In this document: positions 46,559 to 51,043 of the stretch, in pieces
Layout of the letters: each line of letters starts with the position of its first letter
How positions within the stretch are numbered: the first letter of the stretch is position 1
From: Myxococcota bacterium
GTDB taxonomy: Bacteria > Myxococcota > UBA4151
Assembly: GCA_036338695.1 (NCBI GenBank)
Contig: JAYZBQ010000012.1
Location: 1-51,043 of the forward strand
Direction: 5' to 3'
DNA length: 51,043 bases
Notes under the pieces: generated by a model
What the model saw: the letters and a program-made list of their open reading frames with translations, nothing else
The model's database searches: none
What the model was told of the DNA's origin: nothing
Position numbers and translations under genes: made by a program

Positions 46559-47734
46559 ATGACCGCCTTCGACTTGCAAAGCTGGTTTGATCGCCACCTT
46601 GATGATCAGCCCAGCGTGCTGCTCGGCGCAGCGGGCTTCCCGGGCGGTGAACGCTCGGTGTTCGGTCACTCGCCTTCGCGTACCCTCTCGCTCGCCCCCG
46701 GTCAGGCTACTGCGCTCGATGAGGCGCTCGAGTCGACGCGTGGTGGCAACGGCGGTTGGATCGGCTACCTGTCCTATGAATTCGGTCTGCCCTTCGTCCA
46801 CGAAGCCCAGCTGCTTGCCTCACCCCGGGAAGAGACGGCCGGCGTCTTTCGCTATTATGATCGCCTCGAGCAGCTGCCCTCCGAGCGCATCGTTCGGCCG
46901 GCGGGGCGAACGCGACCGCAGCTCAAGCTGACACCGACGGTAACGGATGACGAGCACGCCGACCGCATCCGATCGCTAAAGGAGCGGCTCCGCGCAGGCG
47001 ATGTCTATGAGGCGAACCTGACGCGCACCTTCGCAGGAGCACCTTGCGACCCGAGCGAGCTGTTTCTCGACCTAGCAGCGCACGCGCCGGCGCCCTATGC
47101 AGCCTATCTTGAAGCGCCTCAGGGGGCTCTGGTGTGCAACTCACCAGAGGGTTTTCTGCGGTTGGATCCGAGCGGGCAGGTGCGCACCTTCCCGATCAAG
47201 GGCACGCGCCCGCGCAGCGACGACCCGGTGCTCGACGGGGCCTTGCGTGAGCAGCTGGCAGCGGATCCGAAAGAGCGCGCTGAGCACCTCATGGTCGTGG
47301 ACCTGCTGCGCAACGATCTGGGCAGCATCTGCAGCCCTGGCTCGATCACCTGTGGGCCTCTATTTGAGCTCGTTGCGTATCCCGGGGTTTGGCATATGGT
47401 GACCGAGGTGCGTGGACGGTTGCCCGCAGACATGACGCGCGCGCAGTTGCTGGCAGCGACCCTGCCTGCCGGCTCGATCACGGGCGCGCCGAAGCGGGCT
47501 GCGGTCCAACAGATCCACCGGCTCGAGCGCGCGGCGCGTGGAGCCTACTGCGGCGTCGTGGTGTTGGCCACAGACGACGGAGCGCTGACCGCCAACGTCA
47601 TGATCCGCACCGCGGTCTGCTCGCCTGAGCGGACGCTGGTTCAGACAGGTGGCGGCATTGTGCTCGGATCCGACCCCGGCCTGGAGTGTGCGGAAACTTG
47701 GCTGAAATTGAGCAATTTCGTTGGCAAGAGTTGA
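46559..47734 (+). CDS. pabB: Aminodeoxychorismate/anthranilate synthase component I family
   Basis: GDVYEANLT, SPEGFL, PIKGT (PabB-type), KERAEHLMVVDLLRNDL, GSITGAPK. Confidence 0.85.
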   Translation: MTAFDLQSWFDRHLDDQPSVLLGAAGFPGGERSVFGHSPSRTLSLAPGQATALDEALESTRGGNGGWIGYLSYEFGLPFVHEAQLLASPREETAGVFRYYDRLEQLPSERIVRPAGRTRPQLKLTPTVTDDEHADRIRSLKERLRAGDVYEANLTRTFAGAPCDPSELFLDLAAHAPAPYAAYLEAPQGALVCNSPEGFLRLDPSGQVRTFPIKGTRPRSDDPVLDGALREQLAADPKERAEHLMVVDLLRNDLGSICSPGSITCGPLFELVAYPGVWHMVTEVRGRLPADMTRAQLLAATLPAGSITGAPKRAAVQQIHRLERAARGAYCGVVVLATDDGALTANVMIRTAVCSPERTLVQTGGGIVLGSDPGLECAETWLKLSNFVGKS

Positions 47735-47784
47735 GGTGAGCACCTAAGCCGATGTCCGCGTGATCGCCCGTGAGGGAGCCCCCA

Positions 47785-48486
47785 ATGAGTGTCGCCTTTT
47801 CAAAGCTAGTGGGTTCGGCCTCGGAGGCGATCGCTGACCTGCGCGATGGCGCAAGCGTCATGTGCGGAGGCTTCGGCTTGAGCGGTAACCCTGAGACGCT
47901 CATCCGCGCTCTGGCGGCGTCCAAGGTGAGCGGTCTGACCCTGATCTCTAACAACATCGGGAATCAAGGGCGCGGGCTCGCTGTGCTGCTGCAGAACGGG
48001 CAGGTGCGGCGCGCCCACTGTAGCTTCGTTGGTGGTAATCCTGACCTTGAAGCAGCTATGATGGAGGGAACGGTTGAGGTCGAGCTAAACCCTCAAGGGA
48101 CGCTGGCAGAGCGGATCCGGGCGGGAGGTGCCGGGCTGGGTGGTTTCTTTACACCCACAGGCGCTGGGACCTTGATCGCACAAGGCAAGGAGACGCGCGA
48201 GATCGACGGCCGACTGTACGTCTTCGAGAAACCCTTGACGGCGGACTTTGCCTTCGTGCGTGCCCGCTACGGGGACGCGTCGGGCAACCTTCGATTTTAC
48301 CGCTCGAGCAGGAATTTCCACCCGATGATGGCGATGGCAGGCGGGGTCACCATCGCTGAGGTTGAAGAGCTCGTCCCCGTCGGTCACCTGGACCCGGATG
48401 ATGTGCACCTACCGGGCGTCTTTGTTCAGCGGGTGATCCAGGGCGGGCCGTACGAGAACCCCATCGAGTACCGCACGACCCGCTGA
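47785..48486 (+). CDS. scoA: 3-oxoacid CoA-transferase subunit A
   Basis: GGFGLSGNPE, PQGTLAERIRAGGAG, GNL, DVHLPGVFV. Confidence 0.9.
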   Translation: MSVAFSKLVGSASEAIADLRDGASVMCGGFGLSGNPETLIRALAASKVSGLTLISNNIGNQGRGLAVLLQNGQVRRAHCSFVGGNPDLEAAMMEGTVEVELNPQGTLAERIRAGGAGLGGFFTPTGAGTLIAQGKETREIDGRLYVFEKPLTADFAFVRARYGDASGNLRFYRSSRNFHPMMAMAGGVTIAEVEELVPVGHLDPDDVHLPGVFVQRVIQGGPYENPIEYRTTR

Positions 48487-48487
48487 G

Positions 48488-49810
48488 CTATTCGATCACG
48501 GGTCCCGCATCGCGCAGCCAGCCCTTCGGGTTCAGCACTTTGGGGGGGCGCGGCGGTTTGCCCTGTACAGGGGTCGGGCGCTCGAGCAGGCGCTTGTCGC
48601 GAATTTCGACACCCAAGCCATTGACCCCCGTGTCGCCTTTGAAGACCGGGAGGCGGTCATCTTGTTTTGGCGGCGTCGAGGTGTTTTGAGTCGCCGGCTG
48701 CCGTCCGGGAGCAGGGGGCGCCTCCGTAGGCCTGGAGCGCTTGCCAGCCCGCGGCGAGGGGGCACCGGTGAGCACGACCCGCAGCGGAAGGTGGTCACTG
48801 AGGACCCCTTGAGCGGGTGGGTTGACCCAGCCGTAGCTGCGAGACCAGGCGCGACCGGCGAAGAGGTGATCGAGCTGCCGGGTGGGGGCGCTCGCCGGAA
48901 AGGTAAAGACGCGGTCAGGGACTTTGAAGCGCATGAGCAAGTCAACGGTCGGCATGCCGGCCCGCACGGTGGCGATCGTGGTGTCGTTCGTGAAATCGGT
49001 CTCGGGCTCATCCGGGAAGCGGTTTTTGTTTGGCGCTTCCGGTGCCGTGGCGTTGAAGTCGCCAGCGACGAGGATGCGGTCATCTTGACGCGCATCGCGC
49101 CAGACGAGGTCTTTGAGCAGGCGGGCCTGCTGTTCTCGGTTGGATTGCGAGAAAGCCTCTAGATGCACGTTGAAGAGCTGAACGGGTTGCTCGCCCGGGA
49201 CGTCGAGCTCGACGATCTGAACGGCGCGGTTCAGATAAAACCAGTTGTACCAGAAGGGGTTCTCAGCTGGCTGTGGGAGCCGAACACGACGGTTACGGCG
49301 GATCGGAAAGCGGCTCAGAACGCCTTGCCCGCTGTGCATTCGACCGATCCATTCAGCGGGGCGCTCGATGGGGAAGGGGATGTAGCGCGCCTTCCACGTG
49401 GTCACGAACGCGTAATGGGGAAACCCTGCCTGTTCGGCGAGCCAGCGCAGCTGGTCGCGCTGGAAGGTGCGATCCGCGGCGAGGTCCACTTCTTGAAGCA
49501 TCACGAAGTCGACGTCGGCTTCTTTAATAAATTGAGCCAGCGCCTCGAGGGTACCATTGACCTCCACCTCGCTGTGGCGCGCAAAGTGATCGACCTCCCC
49601 GCCGTACCCATAATGCATGTTCCACACGAGCCCGCGCAGCTGCGTCGGGTCGCGCCGCTTACTGTTCGCTGCCGTCACGTTGGTGGTACCGATCAGCTCG
49701 GGAAACTCGGCGTCTTGAGCGCCGATATCGCTGCGAAGACCGAGGACGAGGATGAGCGCTAGGATGCCGAGCGCGGCCACGCCGAGCACAATGATTTGAA
49801 TCACTCTCAT
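48488..49810 (-). CDS. Endonuclease/exonuclease/phosphatase family protein, membrane-anchored
   Basis: WNMH, LQEVD, NVHLE, AGDFN, LDHLF, SDHLP. Confidence 0.9.
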   Translation of the reverse strand: MRVIQIIVLGVAALGILALILVLGLRSDIGAQDAEFPELIGTTNVTAANSKRRDPTQLRGLVWNMHYGYGGEVDHFARHSEVEVNGTLEALAQFIKEADVDFVMLQEVDLAADRTFQRDQLRWLAEQAGFPHYAFVTTWKARYIPFPIERPAEWIGRMHSGQGVLSRFPIRRNRRVRLPQPAENPFWYNWFYLNRAVQIVELDVPGEQPVQLFNVHLEAFSQSNREQQARLLKDLVWRDARQDDRILVAGDFNATAPEAPNKNRFPDEPETDFTNDTTIATVRAGMPTVDLLMRFKVPDRVFTFPASAPTRQLDHLFAGRAWSRSYGWVNPPAQGVLSDHLPLRVVLTGAPSPRAGKRSRPTEAPPAPGRQPATQNTSTPPKQDDRLPVFKGDTGVNGLGVEIRDKRLLERPTPVQGKPPRPPKVLNPKGWLRDAGPVIE

Positions 49811-50226
49811 TCCTTTTCCTGCTCGCTCGCTTCAAGCTCTTCGAGCTTATTTTGGAGGGCATCAACCGCTTTCTGGAGCTGGTCAAGCTGTTGGGTCATC
49901 TCTTCCATTTTGGCCAGGGGGTTCACGAGCGTTGAGCGGAACTGGCCGATGCCTTGCTCAAGGGTTTGAAGGCGACGCATCATCCCGTCAACTCCTTGAT
50001 TAAGGTGATTTGCGACGGTCTCCGGCAGACCGCGGACCGCCTGCTCGGCTTCGGCGAGTTTGAGGCGGGCGATCGTGATGCGTGTTAGATCTCTTCCGTC
50101 GGTGGTACTCACGACTTTCAAGGATTCTCCAGAGAGGATCATTTCGCGCAGGGCTTTGAGACTAACGTAGCGACTGTTTTGTACATCGTAGAGCTTCCGG
50201 TTAGGGTAGCGACGGATAAGGCGCAT
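49807..50226 (-). CDS. Polyhydroxyalkanoate synthesis regulator (PhaR-like DNA-binding domain)
   Basis: [20 protein letters not shown]...G..V.....GRDLT, then a coiled coil. Confidence 0.85.
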   Translation of the reverse strand: MRLIRRYPNRKLYDVQNSRYVSLKALREMILSGESLKVVSTTDGRDLTRITIARLKLAEAEQAVRGLPETVANHLNQGVDGMMRRLQTLEQGIGQFRSTLVNPLAKMEEMTQQLDQLQKAVDALQNKLEELEASEQEKE

Positions 50227-50289
50227 TTGGGGTCTCCGAATCGACGCGCTCGCTTCGCCGCGGGGCTTGGAAGAAAGGGCGACAGAAGG

Positions 50290-51043
50290 GTGTTCATACG
50301 CTGCAAGGCTTGCACTGCAGTACTTTCGGTTCCGGACGATGCACAAGGGCGCGTGTTTCGCTGCCCGCGGTGTCAGACGGCGATCCGTGTGGCAGCAGCG
50401 GCTACGGTCGATGCGCCGGCGCCTGCTCCGACTCCGCAGCCGAGCACACCTCCATCGCCGCCAGCGCGCCGTTCGAGGGTGATCGAAGAAGAAGAGTTCG
50501 ACGGGCCCATTGCGATGGGCGGCATGGGGAGCGGCCCGCCAGCGCAGTCAGATCGCTCCTCGGAGCCGGCAAACGGAGCCAACGAGGACACCCAGCCTGA
50601 GCCAGGACGAGCGCCTGCACCCGATCCGGTAACGAAACCGGCGCCCGAGCCGGAGCCTGAGCCGGAGCCGGAGCCTGAGCCGGAGCCGGAGCCGGAGCCG
50701 GACCCTAGCCCTGGCCCTGGCCCTAGCCCTAGCCCTATCCCTAGCCCTAGCCCTAGCCCTGGCCCTAGCCCTGGCCCTGGCCCTAGCCCTAGCCCTAGCC
50801 CTAGCCCTAGCCCTAGCCCGCCCGCTAGCAAGTCCGGCCACGCAGCGCCGCCGATATTCGGTATGGGTCCCCACGGACGGTGGCCAGGGCCAGGGGCAGG
50901 GCCAGGGCTAGGGCTAGGGCCAGGGCCAGGGCCAGGGCTAGGGCCAGGGCCAGGACCAGGGCTAGGACCAGGGCTAGGGCCAGGGCCAGGGCCAGGGCCA
51001 GGGCCAGGGCCAGGGCCAGGGCTAGGGCCAGGGCCAGGGCCAG
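50290..51043 (+). CDS. Zinc-ribbon protein (MJ0042-like finger) with Pro-rich linker, partial
   Basis: Read manually, not in the ORF track: [36 protein letters not shown], open to the window end through PE/PS/PG repeats. Confidence 0.8.
   Translation, partial: MFIRCKACTAVLSVPDDAQGRVFRCPRCQTAIRVAAAATVDAPAPAPTPQPSTPPSPPARRSRVIEEEEFDGPIAMGGMGSGPPAQSDRSSEPANGANEDTQPEPGRAPAPDPVTKPAPEPEPEPEPEPEPEPEPEPDPSPGPGPSPSPIPSPSPSPGPSPGPGPSPSPSPSPSPSPPASKSGHAAPPIFGMGPHGRWPGPGAGPGLGLGPGPGPGLGPGPGPGLGPGLGPGPGPGPGPGPGPGLGPGPGP
50645..51043. repeat. Hexamer tandem repeats (ccggag; cctagc/cctggc; then inverted ccaggg/ctaggg)
   Basis: Read directly from the sequence. Confidence 0.95.

Noticed and set aside
50373..50874. 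Minus-strand GL/GS and RA/RL repeat ORFs; telomere-like repeat
   Set aside because: Alternative frames of the hexamer repeat within the plus-strand zinc-ribbon gene; the resemblance of ctaggg to TTAGGG is coincidental in a bacterial Pro-rich linker.

Overview
High-GC bacterial chromosomal segment, probably Myxococcota or a related deltaproteobacterium (inferred from Cys-rich lipoproteins, DAG-rich linkers, PEGA-like and J/TPR proteins, PilT). From about 9.1 to 51 kb it is mostly ordinary core genome: ychF, fabI, pckA, recR, a PP2C phosphatase, a UbiB kinase, recX, pilT, exbBD, an acyl-CoA ligase, dGTPase, tRNA-Ala(CGC)-rpmB, comEC, a PPIase, an SLT, pabB, a CoA-transferase and a PhaR-like regulator. 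The standout is 1-9109, directly downstream of ychF. It is an array of small (0.75-1.9 kb), mostly single-gene cassettes, separated by at least 7 copies of an ~85-bp att-like element. Each element has three parts: a 16-bp core copying the last codons of ychF (CGG YTC AAY GTN stop, R-F/L-N-V-*), an IHF-like motif about 33 bp from the core start, and a YGTCRCC-type arm motif 76-77 bp from the core start. Most cassette genes are co-oriented with ychF and start a few bases after a core, and three stop inside the arm motif. No integrase is present in the window. This looks like an integron-like gene-cassette capture system anchored on the ychF 3' end; the mechanism is inferred, not shown.
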